Source of the DNA: Candidatus Thorarchaeota archaeon
GTDB lineage: Archaea; Asgardarchaeota; Thorarchaeia; Thorarchaeales; Thorarchaeaceae
Assembly (NCBI GenBank): GCA_048884785.1
Contig: JBHLQM010000019.1
Span: 13,772-51,903 of the forward strand
Reading direction: 5' to 3'
DNA: 38,132 nucleotides
Under the pieces are notes generated by a model that had not been told where the DNA came from, searched no databases, and was given only the letters and a program-made list of their open reading frames with translations. How positions within the stretch are numbered: the stretch's first letter is position 1; the number at the start of each line of letters is the position of its first letter. Positions 9,980 through 18,876 of the stretch are shown here, in pieces. Made by a program: the position numbers and the translations under genes.

Positions 9980-10819
9980 ATGATGGTTCAGAAAGTTCAG
10001 CCATTCCGCAACTTAATAGACAATATACCGAAAAACATAGGACTCTATTCAGTGGGAGTCATGCTTCTTTTTCTGTTTCGTGTCGCAATTGACCTACTAT
10101 GGCTTCTAGTAGGTATGATTGCATTCCTACTATCTTATTCCTCGATTTATGTCCTAAATGATCTATATGATATCGAGGATGATAAGAAAGATGAAAGAAA
10201 AATCCTGAGAAAGCCCTTGGCTCAGGGGGTTGTTACTAGAAAGGACGCAATAGGTATTTTCATTCTGTTTTTAGCTCTAGGTCTTTTTTCTTCAGTATTT
10301 CTCGGTCTGCCATTCTTATCTACTATTTGCTCCTTGATTTTCATAAATCTCCTTTATTCTACTCCCTCGATACACATTAAGAATAAGAGCCTAGAAGAAA
10401 TAAGCCCAAGAAGTCTGAAATATACGCTTTTGGGACTACCCCTTGTTCTTTTCATGCAAATATTGAAGATATTTCTCCCCTGGACAATAACTACAGAGAT
10501 GACTCAATTCCCTATTCTCTTTGCCTTTGGGTTTTCAGTCATCTACATTATAATCTTCAAAGGCTACAAGGAATACTTGACTATTGGAGAATCCGTTAGG
10601 CATATGTCAGGCTCATTCAGTGCCGCCATCGCTGTTTTTGCTTTGTCAATGTTGATATATCCTGAACCGCTGGCTCAAGCAATAATCATAGGGTACATAC
10701 TTCTAGGCATCCTATTCTTCAACGATTCGTATCTCACTGATAGAAAAGTCCTACTTCTGAGTCCTGTCTATATTTTTCTAGGAATTATCTTTCTATTTCT
10801 TGCAATGGCAATAACATGA
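9980..10819 (+). CDS. UbiA family prenyltransferase
   Basis: Asp-rich YVLNDLYDIEDDKK followed by RKPLAQG, NLLYS; multi-TM. Confidence 0.85.
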   Translation: MMVQKVQPFRNLIDNIPKNIGLYSVGVMLLFLFRVAIDLLWLLVGMIAFLLSYSSIYVLNDLYDIEDDKKDERKILRKPLAQGVVTRKDAIGIFILFLALGLFSSVFLGLPFLSTICSLIFINLLYSTPSIHIKNKSLEEISPRSLKYTLLGLPLVLFMQILKIFLPWTITTEMTQFPILFAFGFSVIYIIIFKGYKEYLTIGESVRHMSGSFSAAIAVFALSMLIYPEPLAQAIIIGYILLGILFFNDSYLTDRKVLLLSPVYIFLGIIFLFLAMAIT

Positions 10820-10920
10820 TAACTCACTAAGTTGTTAGCGACGTTCAGTGGGCGCATCTCTACAAGAAATCTATCAGTAAACAGCCTATAGAGCATCCGC
10901 TTCATACACATAGAATCAGA

Positions 10921-11115
10921 GAAGTGGACAGGTTTCGTGATTTGGCGAGTGTTACTCTATTAGGACGATTTCTTCTTCGACACCCCTCCTTCTTCTCTCG
11001 GTATCATTATCCTCAATACCATCCGTTTTCACCCTCCCTCATAGGTGGCTATTCTGGAAGTTCTAGTAAAACCGTCCGCGGATTTTCCTTGCATCTGCAT
11101 CATGTATGTACATTT
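10921..11115 (+). repeat. Imperfect ~200-bp direct repeat, copy 2 (contains site C, 11063-11091)
   Basis: Aligned by eye to 9607-9803. Confidence 0.9.
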
Positions 11116-11201
11116 CTATACATACCCAATCAGAGCCAACAGAGAATTGCCCTTGTATTATCATATTTATTATGAGGATAGACTCTGTTTCTGATTGCTC
11201 A

Positions 11202-12131
11202 ATGATTGAACCAGTCATGCACCCATTCAAGTTTGCGACGGACTTGGACTCTGTACGTGCCTTTCTCTCAGAGGTCTGCAGGATCAATGGGAGTCTTCAT
11301 TATCTGATTCCAACGAAGATTGAGAATCAGAAATACGGGCCATGTGGTCCAGATTACTCACAAGCAGATGATGAAACTATAAAGATATGGAGGTCATCTA
11401 GTACACCTAATTCTGAAATCATTGCAGTATCTCATCGGGGACCAGCAGGCAACTATCATATCGAGATACATCCAAAACACAAGGAGATAGAGAAAGAGCT
11501 CTTTGCCCAGATTGAGAGCCTCGAGCGGAAGAGGACTGACAATGAGAGATCCCGCATATACATGTACACTGTGGACGTGGATCCAAAGAGAATTGCGCAC
11601 TTGACCCAGATGGGCTATGAGGACTATGGACTCCACGAATACAACTATGAATTTCCTTCCAGTGCCGCCATACCACAATATGAGCTCCCTGAGGGGATCA
11701 AGGTGCGCTCCCTCATGGGTGAGGAGGATTATCCTAAGTATATCGAAATCGTAGGTTCGGTGTTCATACACTGTAGCGAGTTCATGACCTTAGAGAGAAT
11801 GAGGTTCATGACACAAGCAGAGTTCTTCTACCACGACCTCCATCTTGTTGCGACGACACAGGAAGACGAGTTCGTTGGTTTCTGCATCTATCGGCTCGAC
11901 CCCTTGACGAAGATAGCTGAAGTGGAAGGGTTGGGCATTCACCCGGACTTCACTGGACTAGGCCTGGAAAAAGCACTGCTCTGTGAGGGAATGAGGAACC
12001 TGCGGATGAAACAACCTCTGCTTGCATGTGCTGTCGAGGTCAATGTATCAGAGGAGTTCAATGAGCAGCTCCAATCTGCTGGGTATGTTCGAAGTGCGAT
12101 AATGAATATGTGGGGAAAATCCCTTGCTTGA
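11202..12131 (+). CDS. Tandem-GNAT acetyltransferase
   Basis: N-terminal GNAT-like half and C-terminal EGLGIHPDFTGLGLEKALL motif A; start 11202 chosen downstream of an AT-rich TATA-like tract. Confidence 0.8.
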   Translation: MIEPVMHPFKFATDLDSVRAFLSEVCRINGSLHYLIPTKIENQKYGPCGPDYSQADDETIKIWRSSSTPNSEIIAVSHRGPAGNYHIEIHPKHKEIEKELFAQIESLERKRTDNERSRIYMYTVDVDPKRIAHLTQMGYEDYGLHEYNYEFPSSAAIPQYELPEGIKVRSLMGEEDYPKYIEIVGSVFIHCSEFMTLERMRFMTQAEFFYHDLHLVATTQEDEFVGFCIYRLDPLTKIAEVEGLGIHPDFTGLGLEKALLCEGMRNLRMKQPLLACAVEVNVSEEFNEQLQSAGYVRSAIMNMWGKSLA

Positions 12132-12243
12132 ACCAATGGTCAAGTAGCCTTGTCGAAAGCATTAAAAGCATCCCGAGAGGTGACAGCCAAGCAGGTCCCC
12201 TACCCAGAGGACCGACTAACTAAGAATAAGGAGAATAAATGCC

Positions 12244-13542
12244 TTGTCCAAGAAAGATAAGGAGCATCTTAACCTCGTCGTCGTCGGACACGTTGACCAC
12301 GGCAAGTCCACTATGACAGGTAGGTTGCTTTACGAAACAGGCGCTGTTGACGAGCGTACTTTCCAACAGCATAAGGCCGAAGCAGAACGACTTGGGCGGC
12401 CCAGCTGGGCATGGGCTTTTGCGCTGGACCGTCTCAAAGAAGAGCGAGAACGTGGTCTTACAATTGACATCGCCTTCTTCAAGTTCCTGACTGCTAAATA
12501 CTATTACACAATCATCGACGCGCCCGGGCATAAGGACTTCATCAAGAACATGATAACTGGTGCCTCTCAGGCAGATGTTGCATTGCTTGTCGTGTCAGCA
12601 AAGACAGGTGAGTTCGAGGCTGGTGTTGGTCCTGGTGGCCAGACAAAAGAGCATGCATACCTGTGTATGACCCTCGGTGTTCCATCAATGATAGTTGCGA
12701 TCAACAAGATGGACGATGTCAATTACAGTGAGGAGCGATACAAAGAGGTCAAGGATGAAGTCGCAGGTTTCCTGAAGAGCATCGGATACAAGACCGATGA
12801 TATTCCATTCATTCCAACCTCAGCACTATCTGCTGCTAACCTCAAGGTGAGGACTCCGGACATCACTCCATGGTACAGTGGTCCCTGTCTGCTTGAGGCT
12901 CTTGACCTGGTCTCACTCCCACCCAAGCCAATTGACAAGCCTCTTCGCGTGCCTATCAACGACGTCTACTCCATCAAGGGTGTAGGAACAGTCCCAGTTG
13001 GCCGTGTCGAAACAGGTGTCATGAAGACCGGTATGAAGATCACTTTCATGCCTCCTAACAAGCAGGGTGAAGTGAAATCAATTGAGATGCACCATGAAAT
13101 CTTGCCTGAAGCTGTTCCTGGTGACAACATCGGTTTCAATGTCCGTGGTGTAGAGAGAAAAGATCTTGGTCGTGGTGACGTTGCTGGTCCTACTGACAAT
13201 CCACCCACTGTGGTGTCAGACTTCACAGGCCAGGTCATGGTGATACAGCACCCAACCGCCATAACAGTAGGCTACACACCAGTCATCCACGCCCACACAG
13301 CTCAGGTCGCTTGCAGGTTCGATGAACTCCAGAAGAAGCTTGACCAGAGAAGCGGCCAAGTGACCCAAGAGAACCCTGACTTCGTCAAGAAGGGTGAGTC
13401 CATGGTTGCGAAGCTCGTACCATTGAAGCCAATGGTCATTGAGAAATATAAAGAACTGCCTCAACTCGGGCGATTCGCAGTACGTGACATGGGTATGACA
13501 GTCGCTGTTGGTGTGGTCCTGGATCTAACACCAAGAAAATAG
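12244..13542 (+). CDS. tuf: Translation elongation factor 1-alpha (aEF1A)
   Basis: [36 protein letters not shown]; TTG start. Confidence 0.99.
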   Translation: MSKKDKEHLNLVVVGHVDHGKSTMTGRLLYETGAVDERTFQQHKAEAERLGRPSWAWAFALDRLKEERERGLTIDIAFFKFLTAKYYYTIIDAPGHKDFIKNMITGASQADVALLVVSAKTGEFEAGVGPGGQTKEHAYLCMTLGVPSMIVAINKMDDVNYSEERYKEVKDEVAGFLKSIGYKTDDIPFIPTSALSAANLKVRTPDITPWYSGPCLLEALDLVSLPPKPIDKPLRVPINDVYSIKGVGTVPVGRVETGVMKTGMKITFMPPNKQGEVKSIEMHHEILPEAVPGDNIGFNVRGVERKDLGRGDVAGPTDNPPTVVSDFTGQVMVIQHPTAITVGYTPVIHAHTAQVACRFDELQKKLDQRSGQVTQENPDFVKKGESMVAKLVPLKPMVIEKYKELPQLGRFAVRDMGMTVAVGVVLDLTPRK

Positions 13543-13557
13543 TATCCAATCAATTTC

Positions 13558-13589
13558 GGAGCCTACGGGCTCCTTTTCTTCCTCTTTTT
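13558..13589 (+). terminator. Hairpin GGAGCC-TACG-GGCTCC plus T tract after tuf
   Basis: 6-bp stem with cUNCGg tetraloop followed by TTTTCTTCCTCTTTTT. Confidence 0.8.
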
Positions 13590-13698
13590 CCAATGATAGC
13601 GTGTGTACCAAAGTATTCTGCAATGCAAACAACGATGCAGTCCAAAGAAAGTCCACCTCTTATATTAACTAAATCTGAATACAGGTACGTGACTTATA

Positions 13699-13794
13699 AT
13701 GTCCGGACCTTCAATTACAGGGGACGAACTGGCAAAGTACAGTCAGCCTGCATCGAGAAGAAACATTATTAGTTCACATCATTGCAAAATCTAA
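13699..13794 (+). CDS. Possible micro-ORF, 31 aa: MSGPSITGDELAKYSQPASRRNIISSHHCKI
   Basis: Follows a promoter-like 20-mer at 13661 that resembles the one at 6388; no other support. Confidence 0.3.
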   Translation: MSGPSITGDELAKYSQPASRRNIISSHHCKI

Positions 13795-13823
13795 TAATAT
13801 CGAAACATTTCGAGGTAATAAAA

Positions 13824-14456
13824 ATGAATAGTGATAATCTCGCAGTTGTCGGACGCTTTCAGATGAGGATTGACAGACTTGCTTTAAGCGGCTATCTCTT
13901 CTTTATAGGCGGAATTCAATGGTTTCTCGGGCTTCTTGCCGCAGAATCATGGTATCCTGGGTACAGTAACCGTATTGACTATGTGAGTGATTTAGGTGTT
14001 GGACCAACCGCTGTGCTATACAATACATCCGTCTTTATTCTCGGAGCTTTCTTAGTTGCAGGGGCGTACGTCTACTACTCCAGTCGGAAAGCGAAGGACC
14101 TCTCGATTCTCACCTTCCTTACTGGAATAGGTGCAATGGGCGTGGGTGTTTTTACCATAGACTCTCAACCAATGCACAGTGTCTTCACATTGATTGCTAT
14201 CCTATTTGGTTCGTTTTCGGCCATAGATTCTTTTCGTCACCTGAAGAGACCGATGTCGTACATATCCCTAGTTCTGGGAATAATATCTATTGTTTCTGTA
14301 GTAGTATTCTTCCCCTACTTGGGATTGCCTGTCGGATCAACTGAAACATTTCTTGGAATGGCAAAGGGATCTATGGAACGCTGGGCAATCTATCCACTAT
14401 TGGCCTGGATTATAGGCTTTGGTAGTCATCTAACTGGATTCACAGTTGAAAAATAG
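13824..14456 (+). CDS. DUF998-like membrane protein
   Basis: YPGYS...YVSDLG, GAMGVGVF, H in TM, GSMERWAIYP; SD GAGGT. Confidence 0.8.
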   Translation: MNSDNLAVVGRFQMRIDRLALSGYLFFIGGIQWFLGLLAAESWYPGYSNRIDYVSDLGVGPTAVLYNTSVFILGAFLVAGAYVYYSSRKAKDLSILTFLTGIGAMGVGVFTIDSQPMHSVFTLIAILFGSFSAIDSFRHLKRPMSYISLVLGIISIVSVVVFFPYLGLPVGSTETFLGMAKGSMERWAIYPLLAWIIGFGSHLTGFTVEK

Positions 14457-14475
14457 CCAACCTTAGTCTCTCTGT

Positions 14476-14505
14476 GGAGCCTTCGGGCTCCTTTCTCACT
14501 TTTTT
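14476..14505 (+). terminator. Hairpin GGAGCC-TTCG-GGCTCC plus T tract
   Basis: Same stem as at 13558 with a cUUCGg loop, followed by a T-rich tail. Confidence 0.8.
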
Positions 14506-14692
14506 CATTTGATGAAGGGTCCGGTCTTAATGACCCGGAGAGCATCGCCCTCCAGCAACAGTGTCGGTCATACTCTCTCAAGCACTGATTCGGTCATTAT
14601 CCCATATGGTTTGTTATCTGATCTGCCATAAGCACATCATCAATTTTGTAAGAATGCCAGTTATTATATCCTCGTTGCAGCTCTTTGTTAGT

Positions 14693-15166
14693 ATGTCAAC
14701 CCTACTAGAAAGAATCATGGCATATTGGCAATGGGCTGACAATTCGATTTGGAGTCTGGTTAGTGAGCTTTCAGACAGCGAGTTTGAACAGACATTTGAC
14801 GATAGTGTGCCTAGTATTCGCCAGAGATACGTGCATCTTGCACAGGATAACTGGGAATGGTATACTGAATGGACTGGAACAGATTTGGAAGACGAACCCA
14901 GTTTTGATAAGATGTCTCGGACTAGCCTCTTCACGTTTATCTCAACATATGTGGAGAAATGGGCGAATCTTCTGTCTACTAGTGGAACCAAGACAATGAA
15001 TATCAGAAGAGGTAACAAGACGTTTACCCTGACTCTTCCCGAAATCCTTTTCCATATGAGCAACCATGCTACTTACCACAGGGGACAGATCACACAGTCC
15101 CTACGACTCCTTGGAAAAGAAGTTCACATGACAGACTATGTGCCATTTCGTCTTGCAACTGCTTGA
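14693..15166 (+). CDS. DinB family protein
   Basis: YWQWAD, SIRQRYVHL, HMSNHATYHRGQ His triad; TATA-like TTATTATA about 30 nt upstream, so probably leaderless. Confidence 0.9.
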   Translation: MSTLLERIMAYWQWADNSIWSLVSELSDSEFEQTFDDSVPSIRQRYVHLAQDNWEWYTEWTGTDLEDEPSFDKMSRTSLFTFISTYVEKWANLLSTSGTKTMNIRRGNKTFTLTLPEILFHMSNHATYHRGQITQSLRLLGKEVHMTDYVPFRLATA

Positions 15167-15223
15167 TTGTTCCCCAAACGGAGCATATATGATAACAAAA
15201 GACAAACTCGACTGTGAAGCACC

Positions 15224-15445
15224 TTGAACGAAGAATCGTATGATGAGAAACGACCGAATCTGCTTCTAGTTGTAGCAATACTTCTCCTGATAGGTTCACC
15301 CGGATCTCTCTTGCTCTTCACATACACATCAATCAGCCCGTTTCTCTTAATTCTCATCATTCCTTTCACAGTCATAATCATCTATGGACTTGTACGAATC
15401 ATTCGTAGAACACAATCATATGAGCTAGATTCGAAGGAGTATTAA
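15224..15445 (+). CDS. Small two-TM membrane protein
   Basis: Two hydrophobic segments, TTG start. Confidence 0.6.
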   Translation: MNEESYDEKRPNLLLVVAILLLIGSPGSLLLFTYTSISPFLLILIIPFTVIIIYGLVRIIRRTQSYELDSKEY

Positions 15446-15478
15446 CTTCCGATTTCATACACTCTTGCGTGATTCAAG

Positions 15479-15883
15479 TTGGAAGAAAGAAGTTATCCCC
15501 CTCCGGATTTCGACGACTCATCAAGGCTGGGATCAGGGAATCGCATCATCTTTATTGTCATTATTATCGCTGGATTGCTTCTCCCAATTCTATTGATGAC
15601 ATCTCCCTTTGAATCAGTTGTTCTTTCACTGACTATCTTCTTCCCCATGGTTTGTTTGCTTCTTATTGTTGTTCTAGGCTGCAATAGAGAGAGGTCTCCT
15701 GCATATACAAACGCGAATAGCGATGACCGCGTGCTCGAATCAATGCGTCGTCGTGCAGTGCCTGTGTCGAACCGAGATCGCTGCCCAGAATGTGAAAACT
15801 ACCTAGAGCTTCAAAATGCAAGATATATTGATGATAATGTAGTTCTCTGCCCCTTCTGCGGCACCAGACTATATTTAGGATGA
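15479..15883 (+). CDS. Two-TM membrane protein with C-terminal zinc ribbon
   Basis: Two TM segments then CPEC...CPFCG. Confidence 0.75.
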   Translation: MEERSYPPPDFDDSSRLGSGNRIIFIVIIIAGLLLPILLMTSPFESVVLSLTIFFPMVCLLLIVVLGCNRERSPAYTNANSDDRVLESMRRRAVPVSNRDRCPECENYLELQNARYIDDNVVLCPFCGTRLYLG

Positions 15884-16061
15884 AATACTGTCAAGTAGGC
15901 TCCGGAATTACAGCACGAGATGAAAAGATTGCGGGAATAAACCGTTTGCAAGAAATAGCTTCGGTTTTGCATTTCAAGGAAAGTTTAAGTGACGTGCATC
16001 ATCGCAGATGAAATACTTGATTCTATAGGACAGACTGGCTCATAGAGGGCGCTATTACCTC

Positions 16062-17864
16062 ATGTTAAAGAAAGAAGTCTTCAATCAACAACTCAAGCTC
16101 CACATCCTCGCTGGTATCGTAGGTGTCATATCTGGAGCGGCAGCAATTCTGTTTAGATGGCTCATACTCGGGCTAAGTCTGGTGTTCGTTATCGTCCCCC
16201 AGGTTATGGGATCTGTAGGATGGATACTAACACCATTGTTAGGAGGCCTAGTCGTTGCTGCTATTGTGGTAAGGTACGCTCCTGAAACAAGGGGTCACGG
16301 TGTCCCCGAGGTAATGGTGGCCTACTCCCGCCAAGGCGGCGTAATGCGGACACGAACACCGGTCATGAAGAGCATCGCCTCAGCAATCACTATCGGATCG
16401 GGAGGTTCGTGTGGTCGTGAAGGCCCTATTGCTCAAATCGGAGCTGGAGCAGGATCTGCTGTAGCTTCATGGATGAAACTTGGGAAGAAGGAAACAAAGA
16501 CCCTCTTGGTATGTGGACTCGCCTCTGGTATCGCAGCAACATTCAATGCACCGCTTGGTGGCACACTCTTTGGAATCGAAGTTGTTGCAGGTGGGCTTGT
16601 CGGTTTCTCTATTATACCTGTCATATTATCTTCTGTTGTAGCTACTGCTCTCTCAAGAGCAATTCTAGGGAGTCACGTTTCATTTCAAGCCCCGAGCTTC
16701 TCATTGGGAAACCCTCTCGAGCTTGTATTCTATCTTGCGATGGGTATTCTGTTTGGACTGATTAGCGTAGTATGGATCAGGGGTTTCTATTCGATTGAAG
16801 ACCTATTTGATCGAATCAAGGCATCACCGTATCTGCTTCCAGCGATAGGTGGTCTTGTGACAGGTCTGTTTGGCTATCTGACCTTTTTCTCTGAAGGAAT
16901 CTTCGGTTATAGCGGTGAATTTGAATCACCGCAGCCATACTACCCTGCAATAATGGGTGTCGATTATCCCTTCATTGATGCGGCTCTTTTATCTACTGTG
17001 ACCCTGCCTGCGCTTATTGCATTTGGAATCCTAAAGATGCTTGCCACATCCTCGACATTAGGTTCGGGAGGGTCTGGTGGTATCTTTGCTCCAACATTAT
17101 TCATTGGTACGGCCTTTGGTGGCGCGTTTGGCTTGGCCTTTTCCTTCTTGTTACCTACAATAATAACCCATCCTATGGCCTTTGCCTTGGTTGGTATGAC
17201 AGCTCTCTTTGCAGGTACTGGGAGAGCGCCAATAACATGCATAGTTATTGTAATGGAGATGACCAATGATTACTCATTGATACTCCCTCTCATGCTTGCG
17301 ACCTCAGCCTCATTTCTTGTATCTTCTCTACTGGAAGAAGAGAGCATATACACAATGAAGTTAGTCAGAAGGGGAATTACACTAAAACAAGGCTTGCATA
17401 TTGGTGTACTGAAGGTCATATCTCTCTCAGAAGTAATGACCACTCACCCAACAACTCTTACTCCTACTATGACACAAGATGAGGTCCTTAGGATAGTTGA
17501 TCAGACTCACCACACCAAGTTTCCTGTTATTGACGCTGGGGATAAAATTGTTGGAACACTAATAACTGAAGACCTATTCCATGATCTTGATCCTGAAGCA
17601 CCACAACCCGTAGTTGGGGTCTTAATGAAGACGGACTTTCTTCATCTATCACCAGAATGTAAAATGGATAGTGTGCTCCATGCAATGATTGAACGTGATG
17701 AGGGACATGTTGTAGTCGTTGATCCAGCCAAACCCACTAAGATGATTGGATTCGTTACTAAGGCAGATGTCTTGAAGGCATACGAACTAGCGATATTCAG
17801 ACTTCAGCAACAGGGACTTGACATAGAAGAGATTGGCCCTGTTAGTATGGTCGATGTGCCATAG
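16062..17864 (+). CDS. CLC family chloride channel/antiporter with two CBS domains
   Basis: GHGVPEV, GREGP, FNAPLGG, GGIFAP, SIYT; C-terminal CBS pair. Confidence 0.95.
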   Translation: MLKKEVFNQQLKLHILAGIVGVISGAAAILFRWLILGLSLVFVIVPQVMGSVGWILTPLLGGLVVAAIVVRYAPETRGHGVPEVMVAYSRQGGVMRTRTPVMKSIASAITIGSGGSCGREGPIAQIGAGAGSAVASWMKLGKKETKTLLVCGLASGIAATFNAPLGGTLFGIEVVAGGLVGFSIIPVILSSVVATALSRAILGSHVSFQAPSFSLGNPLELVFYLAMGILFGLISVVWIRGFYSIEDLFDRIKASPYLLPAIGGLVTGLFGYLTFFSEGIFGYSGEFESPQPYYPAIMGVDYPFIDAALLSTVTLPALIAFGILKMLATSSTLGSGGSGGIFAPTLFIGTAFGGAFGLAFSFLLPTIITHPMAFALVGMTALFAGTGRAPITCIVIVMEMTNDYSLILPLMLATSASFLVSSLLEEESIYTMKLVRRGITLKQGLHIGVLKVISLSEVMTTHPTTLTPTMTQDEVLRIVDQTHHTKFPVIDAGDKIVGTLITEDLFHDLDPEAPQPVVGVLMKTDFLHLSPECKMDSVLHAMIERDEGHVVVVDPAKPTKMIGFVTKADVLKAYELAIFRLQQQGLDIEEIGPVSMVDVP

Positions 17865-17886
17865 GTTGCAGTCAATGGAATGACAA

Positions 17887-18165
17887 TCAATCTATTTCTT
17901 CATCATCGTCCATCGAATATGCTCGGTGTGTTTCAGTCTTCTTGCGCTCAAGTCTGAGCCCAACTGGAAACGGTCTATTCTGACCCATGCCCGATTGCCC
18001 AGAGTATGAATAATCATATCCTCTCGTCCCTCCAAATCCATCGACTGTCTTTTCGTCTGGTCTTGTCATCTTTACTCTGCCAGATGAAGGTGCACGTCCA
18101 AATGAGCATGCCGCACACATCAGGAACAACCCAAACGCAACTACAAACACAACTAATTCAATCAT
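17887..18165 (-). CDS. Hypothetical single-TM protein
   Basis: N-terminal hydrophobic helix, polar/acidic tail. Confidence 0.55.
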   Translation of the reverse strand: MIELVVFVVAFGLFLMCAACSFGRAPSSGRVKMTRPDEKTVDGFGGTRGYDYSYSGQSGMGQNRPFPVGLRLERKKTETHRAYSMDDDEEID

Positions 18166-18229
18166 GGTCCTCAAGCTATAATCTAATTTGAGCGTTTATA
18201 GGGTTTTGCAGGAAAAAGAGGCCCATTAA

Positions 18230-18700
18230 TCATTGAAAGACTGACTTACCAGTTTCAAAGTCATTGCTTCTCAACTTGGCAGATACAAAGGCAAATGCTG
18301 TATGAAGTGGCAGAGGTATTATTATCGGAGCCATCAGGGTATCCCAAAATAGAAGCAAAAGGAGTATTGTAAGAATTGACTGAGCTATTAGGACACCAAA
18401 GAGAATCCTTTGTATCCATTGCATTCGTGTTTGCTCCTCCCAGAAACGGAATAGAAACACACCAATAATAATGGCAACAGCAAACCACGTAAACCCAAGA
18501 ATTACTAGTACCGCAGGAAATGATGTAGTGAATGCAGGCACGATGGCTCCTAGCCCCATCCAAAATCCAAAATCATTCACGTACATCCAGAAGGGAAATA
18601 GCCAGAATTGTAGGACCGATTCGATCGCCGTAGGAGATACTACAACACCATACGGTAGAAAGATGCTTGCTATTGTCAGAATGAATAATCTACCTCTCAA
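18230..18700 (-). CDS. Hypothetical multi-TM membrane protein (ORF extends to 18889; probable TTG start at 18700)
   Basis: About 4 TM segments; TATA-like AATTATAT about 20 nt upstream of the TTG. Confidence 0.65.
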   Translation of the reverse strand: MRGRLFILTIASIFLPYGVVVSPTAIESVLQFWLFPFWMYVNDFGFWMGLGAIVPAFTTSFPAVLVILGFTWFAVAIIIGVFLFRFWEEQTRMQWIQRILFGVLIAQSILTILLLLLFWDTLMAPIIIPLPLHTAFAFVSAKLRSNDFETGKSVFQ

Positions 18701-18876
18701 AGCCGAAGACTCCCAGATGATATAATTGAGTCTAAGAATATCTGCTTTTAGTATCTGAAACTCTATACTCCATCTCACACGCAAGGTAATCTGCGCATTA
18801 GACGATTCAACATCAATCATCCTGAAAAGGTGAATAACCAGAAGAGATGACACTGAAGGGATTTTAATGGCCAATC

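Noticed and set aside
9502-11091. Possible CRISPR mini-array
   Set aside because: Only three copies with irregular spacing (~250 and ~1310 bp) and no cas genes
9548-11175. ORFs within the direct repeats (9548..9736, 10924..11175, and minus-strand MxIHDADARKxRGRFY / MVL..MIPREEGGVSKK)
   Set aside because: Indels shift frames between copies, and both substitutions in the 16-aa frame are non-synonymous, so there is no coding signature
15884-16061. Fluoride riboswitch upstream of the CLC gene
   Set aside because: No GGCGAUG...CGCC...UAAUGAC-type consensus seen, and the CLC lacks CLC-F motifs
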